DNA of 64,000 nucleotides from Yuukianura sp. NJ FZ-2021 (Eukaryota): NCBI GenBank assembly GCA_046563655.1, contig CM102288.1, positions 2,294,001 to 2,358,000 of the forward strand, read 5' to 3'. Shown piece by piece: positions 12,167 to 23,832 of this stretch (position 1 is its first letter; each line of letters starts with the position of its first letter). The notes under the pieces were generated by a model. It saw only the letters and a program-made list of their open reading frames with translations, ran no database searches and was not told where the DNA came from. The position numbers and the translations under genes were made by a program.

Positions 12167-13500
12167 GTTTTTAAAAATAAAATTTATTGTGGAAAAAATA
12201 CATTTGGAATTTTGAAAATAAACGTTTGAACAATTTGCGTTCGATGTTTGCATTTGCGTTGATGCGCTTCTGATGTGCGAAAGATTCTGCCTCCTTTTGT
12301 GTTTTTTACGAAAGTGCAAGGTGAATTTTGACAAGTTTGAGATCGGAGATTATACGGCACGAAAAGGTGGGTAGGAGAACTTACTCTGCCTTGCTTTTGT
12401 ATGGGAATTCTGGCGGCGGCATAAAGTGGAGGAACCTTTTCTGACTGTATGATCCCCGCATAGCTCCGGACAAAATCCAAGCAGAGTCTTCAGAACTCAG
12501 CAACAAAATATTCCAAAATTCAAATTTTTTTAAAAATTCATAACTCCAGAACGGAATGCTTTAGCGAAGAGATCTCTTCATGTCTCAACTCAGAACAAGC
12601 TAAAGTATTTTTTAAAAGTTTAAAAAGTACAACAGCGAGCAACAAATTTTCAACTGGTATTTTCAAAAATTGACCATATTTCAAATTTTAAAAGGGGGTT
12701 TTTGTAAAATTTTTGCACCAAATTACGCGAAATGTTGTTTTGCAATGTGAGGCGGCCGATGGAGTCACAGAAAAGAAACGACTGCAAAGTGGAAATTTTT
12801 TTTGAAATTTATAAAAACGGAATTGTGGATGGAAGTGAAAAAGTTGAGTAGAGAAGTGAAGAGTTTTGAATGGATTAATCCCTCAACTTTTTCATCCATT
12901 CAAACTTATTTCCATACAAAATATTTCCAAAATTCAGAAAAGCTTCAAAATTCATATCCATGGAACGGAAACGGAATGCACGAGCAAAAAGATCTTTAGA
13001 TTTGCAAAAATTTTCCAAAAATAAATAAAAATGCATCTTTAAAGTTTTTGCGAATTTTCAAAAATCGCTGGTTCATGGATTTTGGCAAAAATTTGGCAAA
13101 TTTTCGATTTCGGTTTTTTGAGCATAAAACATTCTTTGGATCATCCTGAATTTATTCGCGAAGAGATTAACTTTCTAACGCATTTCGTTCCAAAGATATG
13201 AATTTTTTAAGTTTTTGAAATTTTAGAATTTTTTGGAAGAGATTTTACATGGAGAAACAAAAGGTTGTGCTTTGAAACTGTCCGGAGCTATGCGGGGATC
13301 GTACGATCCACAAAGGCTCCTCGCCTTCCTCAACTTTTTTCCCACTGGCGGCATTCCCATACAAAAGCAATGTACTAGAGGAGGATTTCCTATCTATCTC
13401 TTTGCTTCGTATAATCCCCTATCTCAATCCTACCAAAATCACACTAGAACTTTAGGATAAAACTAAAATTCAAAAATCTTTCAAAATTCATATTTCTGCA
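12167..13500. repeat. Interspersed modular repeat with long internal inverted arms (foldback-like), copy 1
   Basis: Arm ~12320-12600 is inverted relative to arm ~13130-13450 (GATCCCCGCATAGCTCCGGACA at 12451-12472 vs TGTCCGGAGCTATGCGGGGATC at 13279-13300). The whole unit matches 39362-40707 in reverse complement. Ends are approximate and no TSD was found. Confidence 0.85.
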
Positions 13501-13835
13501 ACGAATTGATTCCAAGCTGATTTAATTAATTATTATTCAGTGATTTTTAAATAAATATGGCAAATTCTTGGGATTGCGAAAAAAACTGAGTTTATTAAGC
13601 TAAGCATTTGCGAATTGTGATGAATCGTCCCATGTCTTTTAGTTTTGATAAACAAGTACTAAATTTTTAAGAAATGTTAGCGAAATTATTGCGAATAACC
13701 GACTAACTAGTAACCGTCAAGGAGGAAGAGTTAGATTGATTTAAACCGGGATTCGACCCATGACGCCAATTTGAATTTAAGATCTTTCCAAATTGTCTAT
13801 TTTAGAAATTCCTACGTTAATAGTTTAGTAATGAC

Positions 13836-14667
13836 CAGGCCTGTCAAACATATGTACTTACATACAACATATTTTTTAAATATTCAGGCGCTTTCGACGG
13901 AAAAAAATATTTACGTTTTTAGTAAATATTTACGTACATATTTTCGCTTTTTCGTCACTTTTTTGTGAAAAACAACTGAAAAATGACAGTTTTCGGACTA
14001 TTTCAAGACTTTTCGGACTTTTTCCTCTAACCTAACCTATGTCTGGGCGGCGATCCGTTTGATCGGTAAAAATGGCAGTTTCTAGAAAGGAAACCGGTCA
14101 AAGTAAACCAGAATTTCGCCCGTTCGATTACAGCGCGTGCCGTACGCCACGGTATTTGTAACCACACAATCGATACACTGAGCGGATGCAATGAGAAATG
14201 TTTTTCCACAACTAATCCTGTTATGTTTGTGTTAATTAAAAGCGTTTTAATTTTTGTATTAAGTAGCCCCTTATACTTTTCATAGACCAATGAATGTGAG
14301 TTCGTGTCAGCCGAAGGAAAACCCGAATCCGAAAAAAAAACAGTATCCGCATTTTAATTTGCCGTGTCCATTTTGTCGTTGGCAAGTATGCCTGAGTCTA
14401 TATTGACGCACATAGCGTAGAGGTTCAAGGAATACAATTCACGGTTACGTCGTACATTGTTCTCCTGCCTTTACATGCTTTATCCGACAAACACATAAAT
14501 GTATTTATAGTTTCACAGGCTTAAAAGCATCAGGAATTTTGCGATTCCTTTTTAAAAGTCATAAATATTGAACTTTTAGTAAATATGTTAGTCCATATTT
14601 CACGGTTTTTGATACATATTTAAATAAATATTTTGGTGGTTTTTAGCACATATTTTTGACAGGCCTG
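13836..14667. mobile_element. Non-autonomous hAT-type DNA transposon
   Basis: TIRs CAGGCCTGTCAAACATATGT (from 13836) and ACATATTTTTGACAGGCCTG (ending 14667). Perfect 8-bp TSD GTAATGAC at 13828-13835 and 14668-14675. 832 bp with no transposase ORF. Confidence 0.9.
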
Positions 14668-14725
14668 GTAATGACTCTTAAATTATTATTAAGTTCCAGC
14701 ACCACCAGTGTGTGAGTGTCCGTCG

Positions 14726-17700
14726 TCAATCTTCGTCCCAAATCTTGGATAAAACAATGTCTCCAGTGGAAACTGTTTGAGTTCCAGAGTCAACTCTGAC
14801 TCCAGCTCCAGTTTCGCCTGCTGGAGTAAAAATTCTATCAATAAGGCGTTCAATTGAGTCAATCTTTTCTGTAGTTGAAGTGGTTGTGGACATTGTTTCT
14901 GGAGGCGTATTGAAGCAACCACTGTCCAGTCCATTCATTTCCAAACTGGTCAAATTTGATTCCGAGGAAGAGTTATCCGACAGAGCAGACTTGTGTAATT
15001 TCTTGGCAATCTTTACAGAGTTTGACAGTTGATCTAGCATGGAGTCTGGCAGAGCCATGTGCCTAAGGTCAAAGATTTCAGTGATTTACGATAATTTGAA
15101 ACAAACTTTTTTCAAACTGCTGAAACGTACTTAATCAGACGAAGTTCTCTGTTGCTCAGAACCAATCGACTCAAGTCTGGACAGCCCTCCAATTTGGCCT
15201 AAGATTAGAGAAAAATTCAAATTCGTTAGCAAAAATTATACAATTAATTCACCAAAATATTGGACCGATTAAAGTAGAAATAGCATTGGAGTACTTGCCT
15301 GAAGCTCTTGGACATCTCCCTCGTTTTTTCGCAATCGTCGCTTGGCTTTGACCTCGTCTGGATTGATATGCGCCTGGATTTGTTCAAATGTAAGTTCTTT
15401 CAAAAGATGAGAATTTCGGAGCTTTGCATTGAGAACAGGGTAGAGCTTGATGAGAGCAATGACATCGCTTGCAGCGTAGCACTGCATCTGGGGCGTCAAA
15501 GGTCTTCGAAGCCAGTAGCGCTGATCGTAGCGATACACGGACTGGAAGTAATGAATATAAAAGAAAATTAGGAACTTTCGCTGGTGATACTGAATTTGCG
15601 TAAACAAAGTACCTTGACTTTATCTTTGAATTGATTCGTTTCAAGTCCATAAATTTCGCAAAGGTTGTTGAGGCTGATGTTCTTGGCTTTCTGTCCAGCT
15701 TCCGATTGAATAACAACGTGAGCCGCTTGAGTATCAAAAATATTCTTCAATTCAATCCCAAATTGATTATACAGATTCACAGAATCGTTTCGGCAGTCGT
15801 GAATAACCTAAAACACAACACTTTTTTCAGTCATTGTATCGTTTGTAGTGAAGTTTACTTTCCGCATTACCTTTAAAATGTCAGACTCCATCAATCTACG
15901 AATTTCTCCACTCAAGTCCGAAAGTAAATCGAAAATGAAGACAGGGCCTTCGGAAATAGCAACCTGGACCAAGGTGACCTTGCCATCTATCCCCAGATTC
16001 ACACCTTCACAGTCGACTCCTAGGAAATCCTGCTTCAGTAGATAATCGACGGTTTCCTTGGCTTTTCGCTTGTTCGTGATAATCGAAAGATTGGATAAGA
16101 TTTGATGACGATATCGTTCTTCTTCTGTCCCACCACCTCCCCCTCCTCCTCGTCTTCCATTTCCGTGTCCTTGATTTTGATGAGCTGAATTCTTGTAATC
16201 CTTGTCCGTATTTTCAGTTAACGTTTGAATCAGAATGGAGTTGACACGCTGTTTCAAAGTGCTTTTGTTCCCTTTGGAATTAGAGGAGTTATTGTTAGAC
16301 GAAGGTGTTGGTGGAAGAGTGTTGACTACTTGATTAGTACGAGGACCTAGATTATGATTGTTGAGTGACAAGGACAAGAGTGGCACGGGACCTTGTTGCT
16401 GAGCACTGCTGTTCCTATCATTAGTATTATTGGGCGGAGATGTAGTAAAGGACGGAGACCGTTGAACATTTGATAATACGGAAACATGCGTGGAAGTATT
16501 CGACATTTCCGGCTGGACTTTAAATTTCGGTCCGTTGTCACATTGGCGATGCAGAATGTCCAGCCCCATTGAGTAAGTCTCTGATAAAGTGACCAGATTC
16601 GAGTGGACCTGGAGGAATTGAATTGAGTTTATTCAGTCTTTTCGGAACATAAGAGCATAAGTATTGCAATTGCAATTAAGCCAAAAATATATAAGTATTA
16701 CCTGAAAGCACTGTGGCTGGATTTTAAGGAAAACTCCCAGGCTATAATCAAGAAACAACTTCGAAGATGTTCTTTATGAGATTTTGTATTTTTGCAATAA
16801 AATTTCTTACTCATTTGGATTTTTGAAAATCCCTTCGAAAGCTCCAGCGTCAAATTGAACTCCAACTTGGTGAAACAGTTGTTCTACGAGCATCGGACCC
16901 TTGTCTTCAATAAGCGTCACAAAGAATTTGCAGAGCTTATAAACACTCTCCTTATCGTAATTCATGTTGACCTCCCGAAATTCAGTGATCTTCTCGTGTT
17001 CAAATTCTTTAAGCGACACAAACTCTTCAGAGACAACGAACTCTGGGTTCCGTTCCAAGAAATCGCGAAACTCACTAATATGTTGACCAGAGACCTAGAA
17101 TTAGGAAGTGAATTCTACAGTGAATTAATCTAAAGAGGTTGAAAACCTCCAACTTATAAACCTCGCTGATGTCTACCAACGTTTACCGTACAGCGAAAAA
17201 AACCAAACTGTACTGAATTGATTTTATCCCACCGCAAATTAAGTTTTAAGATAAACGACCTCATTCACTTACATGGCGGATTTCCGTATTGGCTTGTGAC
17301 CGATGGCCAAGAAGTGACTTGATGGGCACTCGAACGTTGAATCCATATTGAAGTAAACGATTGCTAGTGTGAAGAACGAAACATAATTAGTCTATTGATC
17401 TCAATCCGATCAATTCCAAACTAATTATCCTTTCTTACCGAAAGTACTCGACCGCTTCCTACAAAGACAAGACGAAATTCATCATTACTGCTTGTTTGTA
17501 ACCTTTGTAAATGTATATCCACCTACTTTGTTATAGTCCCTGTTGACCTTCTGCTTGACCCCTGTCGTGTAAGACACTAGTTCGGCATCCAATGTAAAGA
17601 TCGACGGATACTGGAGTAAGAACTTCTTCAGACCAGCTTGACTTCCGCCAGCGATTTGCCTCATCTCCTTTGTAAAGTTCCTGTTCAGCATAAAATACAA

Positions 17701-17978
17701 AATACAGTCAGCTGTTTGAACAATGTTTACTGTAAACAATTTAAAACATCAGATACAATCTTCAAGGAATATTGACACCGATTTAGGATTTATGCTCAGA
17801 ATTTAACATCTTATTGCTAATTGACATTACGATATGAAAACGTTTGTCTTATATTAACTCACCGTGACCCGAATTGACAGCTGAGGTCATGAAGGGACCG
17901 TGGTGACTTTTCAAGGAGCTTCTCAATGAAGAACAGGAGGGTTTGGTTACGAAGGGCCTCATAAGTGGATGGATCCAT
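14726..17978 (-). CDS. egl: Egalitarian (LOTUS-like N-terminal repeats, 3'-5' exonuclease-like domain, dynein light chain binding motif), ~761 aa, 11 coding exons
   Basis: Exons 17978-17863 (MDPSTYEALRNQTLLFFIEKLLEKSPRSLHDLSCQFG), 17680-17527 (FTKEMRQIAGGSQAGLKKFLLQYPSIF), 17458-17439, 17363-17273 (VPIKSLLGHRSQA), 17094-16811, 16741-16702, 16608-15871 (GVDCEGVNLG), 15807-15613 (VIHDCRNDS..FDTQAAH), 15541-15299 (YAASDV), 15198-15131 (VLSNRELRLI), 15062-14726 (DSGTQTVSTGDIV, TQT motif). These motifs are characteristic of Drosophila Egl. Confidence 0.95.
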
Positions 17979-18525
17979 TTTGATTTCAAGGACTGGTCAG
18001 AGCTGAACTACGTACGAACGAGGACTGGACAGGGGTCAACCGTCGGTCACACGCAATAACTAAAACCTAAACAAATAAATAGTACCGTATCTTAGTTGTA
18101 ATTGTAACGTAAGTAGCTACTAAAAACTAGTTTCTGCTTCCTGTCCCAATTGACCAAATTTGGACAGATTGTTTTGAATCTCCGTCTGTTTCCTACAATC
18201 AACAACAAAATCTCAAAGATCACGAAACAATCTTCACAGATCACTAAACTTTGCGACCATTTTCATTTTTTATTGCACTTTTACTTTCACGTTTAAAAAA
18301 ATATTGAAAATTTAGTTTTGAAACTGTTTAGAAAGAAGTTCGTATCAACCACCCAACTTCTGAACAAAATTTGACATCTCGTGGAATATTTTATGCTTTT
18401 TAACAACGGCTTCTAACACATGAAGTTTTAAATTTAAATTACATCTTTATCAGTAGGTGATTTCTTGTATTTTTTAAATCAAGTTCATTGAATTTTGTGT
18501 TCATAAAATCTTCTCAATTCGTTTT

Positions 18526-18961
18526 TTAGAAGAAACTTGCCAACAGTGAATTTGTAGTGTGAGGGAAGCAGCGTCGTCCAGGTTCAAAGATGACTCCACG
18601 TTCTCTGTCACGCATAGTAAAAACCATTGGTTTCTTGGGCAGCTGGAATCGGATGACACTTCGATTGAATTGACTAAATTAGATCCATAAGGTTAAGTCA
18701 TTTCTTAGGGGTCAAGCGAGGTCAAAGGTCATACGGAAAGTGTCTGCGACTTGGGAGGGACTCCATGAGTGGTCGTTCGTACATACTGCACCAAGTCTCC
18801 CTGTTGTACCACTGTTTGTAAATGGCTTCATACCAGTCCTCCAGTGGCATTCCCATTGGTCGACCACGCATCTCGTACACTGGCTTACCATCGTTGGCCC
18901 CACCGTGGGTATGTTTCTTACTCCCACCACTCCGTGCCGATCCAGCACGTTTGGTCACCAT
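18526..18961 (-). CDS. Putative two-exon small protein of unknown function (~124 aa)
   Basis: Exon 18961-18735 (MVTKRAGSARSGG..LEDWYEAIYKQWYNRETWCSMYERPLMESLPSRRHF) and exon 18673-18526 (PQFNRSVIRFQLPKKPMVFTMRDRERGVIFEPGRRCFPHTTNSLLASFF*) join in phase across a 61-nt GTATGA..TTTAG intron. Both exons are GC-elevated islands in AT-rich DNA. An acceptor-like TCTTCAG lies 10 nt upstream of the ATG. Confidence 0.6.
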
Positions 18962-20099
18962 CTTAGTCACCCTGAAGACTCAAAATCCCACAAAACTAAA
19001 AATAGAAGCGTATTTTTACGTGAGCAAATTGTATATTTTAAAAAAATGATGACAAAAATGGGAATATTTAGGATATTATGGCCGTGCGATTATTCCTGTA
19101 AAACATGGCTTTAGTTTTTTGAAAGACACTGTTGCCATGGTATTCAAATAAAAAAAATGTAGAATAAGCAAGGTTTTTTAGAAGTTTTACCAGACTTATT
19201 ATCCTTGTGTCTTTTTTTACGAAATATTTTCTTAAGAAATCTTTTTAAGTACAATAAATCAGCTAAGATGTAAAAAAAAAAGTTTTACGAACAGTTTTAA
19301 CTTAAAACAGTTCGTAAAAAATATTTTTGTGAAACTCCGTTTGACATTTTGCTGAATTTTTTGTTGGTTGGTATTAAATTGTTCTAAATTCAAATTATGA
19401 ATTAAATTGGACGGAGTATAACTTCTTAAAACCATACAAAACTACTTTTTGAGTTTTCGTGTGTTCATTGCAGTAAAAAGTTATGAATCATCACAGCAGA
19501 GTAGGCATCAACAAGATGTTCACAAATTGCGCATAGGATTCTCATAAGTTGAAATGTGTGTTCCCGGTTGTGTTCTTTGGAAAGAACAAAGTGTTCACAT
19601 TTTAGTCCTCACGCTACACGGGACTTCTACGGCACAAAAAGTTGCTCTGTTGTGGCACTTTCTGACTTTTCAGAGCAAAGTTTTGTGGTGCTTTTCAGAA
19701 GATGCCTTTTTGCTACGTCTGCTCCCCGTGTACAGGTTGATGTAAAACGACATATCTCATATGGATAAATGTTGGTACAATGTTGGTACAAAGTTGGCAC
19801 AGAGCTATGCTTTCCAGCACTCTAAAAGTTGAAAACCTAATGCTAAAATGTGCAATCAAATTTCACTGTTACTTTTGAGCTTGATGTTTGAAAAATCAAA
19901 ATGCTTGAAATTGCGGAAGCAAATTTTATGACAGTATCAAACAATGGGAGTAATTGGAAGTTACAAAGTGCTAATTAAATTTGAAAATTCTAAGTAAGTT
20001 AATAAGGATACAACATGGTTTTTACTATACCTACTTGTTGCAAAAACTAAATTTCGTTTTTTTAACTAATAAGGGGCATTTTGAATTCAAAATTTTGAA

Positions 20100-22154
20100 A
20101 TGAACTGTTACTTTAGCATTTTAATTCTGAATGTGCTGGGCCTGAGTTCAGGAAGTTCTGGCAAAGTGCTTTCTCCTGCTGAAAGAAGGGCGAATACTCC
20201 AGAGAAAGTGGATGTTTTTGCTGTAAGTTAAGCCTTGACCTTTTGAACTTGAAGGTCAACTTATAATAGTACTTAATGTTTTCTGTTACTTTTTCTGCTC
20301 AGGTGACCGAAGATGATGCTGATAGTAGATCTCGTGACGAAAATGCAAAATGTGAACACGATGCTGCATGTAATCCAAATCCTGCAATCTATCGAGAATT
20401 CAAAATTACAACCCGAATTTGTGATTATTACTTTTGATTTTAGTAAAACGGAGATGTGATGTGAGATCATACAAGTCAATTTTGCATGGCCGTGCTTTAG
20501 CATCTTCAGTCCAAGTATGCTTCCAGGAATCTTCAAAAAGTTCACCCTAGATTTCATAGTTTTAATAAAAATTCGACTTTTTTTTTAAATCTCGCAATCG
20601 ATTTCAGCTTGATCATTTACAAGCTCAAGAATGTTGCCAATGTGCCGGAGGTTTCGACGAGTTGCTGTCGCTGGCCGATTACTACAGCGCCAAAATCGTT
20701 GCCAACAGTCGTCGGGTCAAATGTAAGTTTCTCCATTATTGAATTTCAGAATTTGAGAATTGACCTTTGACCTTTCGTAGTTGAAGAACCGTACCATGTT
20801 TATACCAAGAAAGATGAATCTGGAAGTTACATGTATGCCCAAGGTGGCAAAATTCCTAGTCACCTTATGAGCAATTCCACTTATTCTGCGCAACTCCAAC
20901 CAGGAGACTGTCTGTTCGCTGTCATCGAAGTCGAAGATGAACAGCGTGTCACTAAATATGTCACTGGAGACTGTTCAAGTGTTCGACCATTCCTTTGCAT
21001 GAGTAAGTCAACCATTTTAGAGTAAAAATTCTTGACCTAGTTGACCTGTTGACATTTGAAATCCAGGAATTAGACCCGAGGAATTGTTTAACCTTACCTG
21101 CAATGTCTCTTCGTTCTACGAAAGCCTCAAATCTGCTCACCGGACTCCCTCAGACGAACAAATCTTTCACCTCTCACAGCAAAATCGACTTTTGGCCAAA
21201 GCCAGCATCCGATCGAACATTGACGGTTGGACACCAACAACCTCCAATCCAGTAAGAGCCTACGAACTAGCCGTGAAAACATTCGAAGTATACCGGGCAT
21301 TCGCTCCAGTCAGTGTCATTCCAGACGGATTTTTGACCAAGACCAAAATCCTGTTTACTGAACTCAACAGTCGCCATGGATCAGTGGACAAAACTGACTT
21401 TTTGACAGACGAAGATGTCACAAGAATCAGTGCTCTACTGACCAAATGCTCTCAGAATCTACCCAACGTTTCTCTTGCTTTCAACGACTGCGGCACAATG
21501 GTATGTACTTTTATAACGTATGTCACGAAGTGACCTTAGGAAATGTTTTACCCAGGTCAATGTCAATGACCTTTGCAATTTCAGGTTCTAGGAACACTGA
21601 GTGATTACGACTACGAGACGATTACGTACATTTGTCCAAAATTAGAATTTTTCTTCAACCCGTTCGTTTCTGATCCTGTTTTTCACGTGACTCAAAATGT
21701 CTTCCAAACCGTCCGAAATTTGTGTTTTCCCACGTAAATCAAAATTTTTGATTTTGTCAGTTTGGGTTCTCCAAAGCGTGCCTAATTTTAAAGAAATATT
21801 TGATTTTTTCTGAAGTTTCAAGGACAACAGTATCAAAATGTTCCACCGGTGGCAACTGGCAATTAACGACTGTTTTACTCCATTGCTCGAAGATCGTTGG
21901 TAACAGCTTCTTTAAAAAAAAGAAAAACTTGACCTTTGACCTCACAATGACCTGTGACATTATAAATCTCGTTAACTTCCAGGTATTACTCAATTGAACC
22001 TTGTGTCTTCTGGGGTAGACTGCTTGGACCACAAGCTGAAGAAAAACTTCATGCGACAGACGCCATAGCCCTTGCGGTTGTTGAAAAGTTGGCAGCGTTT
22101 GCCAGCATCTATCCACGTGGAGCGCCGCCTGATCTGCGAATGGACGGAGTTTAA
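20100..22154 (+). CDS. Secreted protein: signal peptide, divergent C-type lectin-like domain, unknown C-terminal region (~442 aa, 9 exons)
   Basis: Phase-consistent exons 20100-20222 (MNCYFSILILNVLGLSSG, signal-like), 20303-20369, 20444-20514, 20608-20722 (QAQECCQCAGGFDELLSL), 20781-21002 (QPGDCLFAV..YVTGDCSSVRPFLCM, CTLD C-terminal pattern), 21067-21500, 21585-21625, 21816-21899, 21983-22154 (TAA). First-exon and exon-8 acceptor choices are less certain. Confidence 0.75.
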
Positions 22155-23636
22155 CTAAGGGCAGCAGGGATTAAAATTTGAAAAAAAATTGGAATTTGAA
22201 GAAAATCAAAATTTCATTTTCAAAAACAAATTTTATTCTGCCCAATGAATTTAACTTTTAAAGAGAAATGAATTCGTAGATTATAAAGGTTTTTATTCCC
22301 AATGAAATCACTAACCACTAATAAACTACTCTTGCTCTCTTAATAGCAAGTTGCCAATTACTCCAAGTGACCTTGGGGTCAATGTCAAGGTCATTTGAAA
22401 ACTCAAGGGATAGTAAAAGTAGACAGGGTAATTCAATTTTTCAAATTTTTAAATTTAACTTAAGTTTTTTCTCAAAATTCACAGAATAATTGACACATCT
22501 AAGAATATTTAATTAATTTTAGGAAGAGTTAGCACCAGAGGGGTTCAAAAGCCTTAAGACACACAACACATTCACACTTAAACACAGTTAATTACTAATT
22601 GTAATTAAAATTAAAAACACTTAAAACTTGTTTAACATTATGTTAAGTTTTAAGGTTTAAGGTTCTGTACAATGACGGTTCTTAGGCCCTAAGAACATTG
22701 AGACTAGAATTTCACACTCGGTTTTCTAGTTTCTACTTTTTCCAAAAATCTAAAGTGTAGGTTTTTAAGTTAGTTCTGTTTCTACAATTACTTTTTTCTA
22801 AAAACTAAAACTTTTACTAGTTTCTACTAAAAGCCACTAAACATTGGGAAGGTCATTTGGGGTCAACAGTAAAAGTTCTGCTGTAGATAGTACAAAACAA
22901 ATATTTTGAATCTGATTTATTACTTTTTTCCGGATCCTGTTTGAAAATGAAATCATAAGATCACAAAAAATCAAAAGAACTTTTAAAAAATGTAAGTTTT
23001 GAAGTTATTTAAGTTAACACGTTAACTTTTTTTGGTTTCAAAATTGATGTTCTGCGTCTTAATTTTTGAGTTGTCAGTCTTGAACTTCTCCTGTGTGGTT
23101 AAGTAAAGACTTAAATTTAGAAAAACGATGATGACACCAGTCAGAGTAGTCAGATTTTTGGAATTTTTTGTTTTTAGTACTAAAATGTCGGGGGCGGGGA
23201 AACGTGAGAGTCGGTTGGGGGAAGTAAAAAGTAGAGTTAACGTTGTTGTCCCATTTTTAGTGGCTTTTGTCGTGTCCTAGTTTGGTTTAGAATCAATTTA
23301 ACACTCTTATTAATTAAAATTAGGTTGAATACATTACAGTTTAATTGTTTAAAGTAATTAGTAGTTATAGTTTTTATAGTGTGAGTGAGTGAGTGTGCAG
23401 TTTCGACTTTTGGTAAAAGTCTTGTGCTTTCTCCTCACTTCTCTACCTGATTCCTGATTTGCTTCCATTTGGCCCGCTGCTTGATGCCTCGTCATTAAAA
23501 TTACTAAGTTACAATTAACTTTCATGTAACGCTGACTAACCTAACATAAGGTAAGGTTACATTAGTGACCTTGCCTAACTTAATTTTGAGTTGCACGTTA
23601 CCCCTAAACCATGGTTTTCACGCAAGGTTTACGTTA

Positions 23637-23832
23637 TAGTTGGGGCAACCAAAATAGACCCAAGTTTTTCTAGAGGATACTCGCACTCACGCCCTTCTCC
23701 AACTGGCACCCGCTTCTCCACTCAACTCCAAAATGAACCTCCCATCTAAGAAGAGACTGCCACAAGCTTTACAGAGGTGTGAGTGCGAGTATCCTCTAGA
23801 AAAACTTGGGTCTATTTTGGTTGCCCCAACTA
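23637..23832. mobile_element. TA-TSD MITE with 54-bp perfect TIRs
   Basis: TAGTTGGGGCAACCAAAATAGACCCAAGTTTTTCTAGAGGATACTCGCACTCAC at 23637-23690, with its exact reverse complement at 23779-23832. TA at 23635-23636 and 23833-23834. Confidence 0.9.

Noticed and set aside
12086..13460. Similar short ORFs (GIPIQKQGRG, SYAGIIQSEKV) here and at 39269-40634 suggesting a gene family
   Set aside because: They arise from repeat copies, read in different frames with indels, and show no splice structure.
13741..13770. tRNA/SINE B-box-like GGGTCGAATCCCGG on the minus strand
   Set aside because: No A-box, cloverleaf or acceptor stem around it; at most a tiny SINE remnant.
14678..14728. Possible stop-codon readthrough of egl (TGA-C followed by 15 open codons)
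   Set aside because: A short extension is expected by chance, and no conservation evidence is available.
19470..19770. Cys-rich frames (CSRLCSLERTKCSHFS) resembling a PAN or zinc-finger fragment
   Set aside because: Stops occur in all frames, and I could not build a consistent exon or link it to the lectin gene. It may be a decayed gene or transposon piece.
19814..20140. Weak inverted similarity (CCAGCAC..AATGCTAAA) overlapping the lectin signal-peptide exon, suggesting an old MITE
   Set aside because: Only short patches match and there is no TSD, so it cannot be distinguished from chance in AT-rich DNA.
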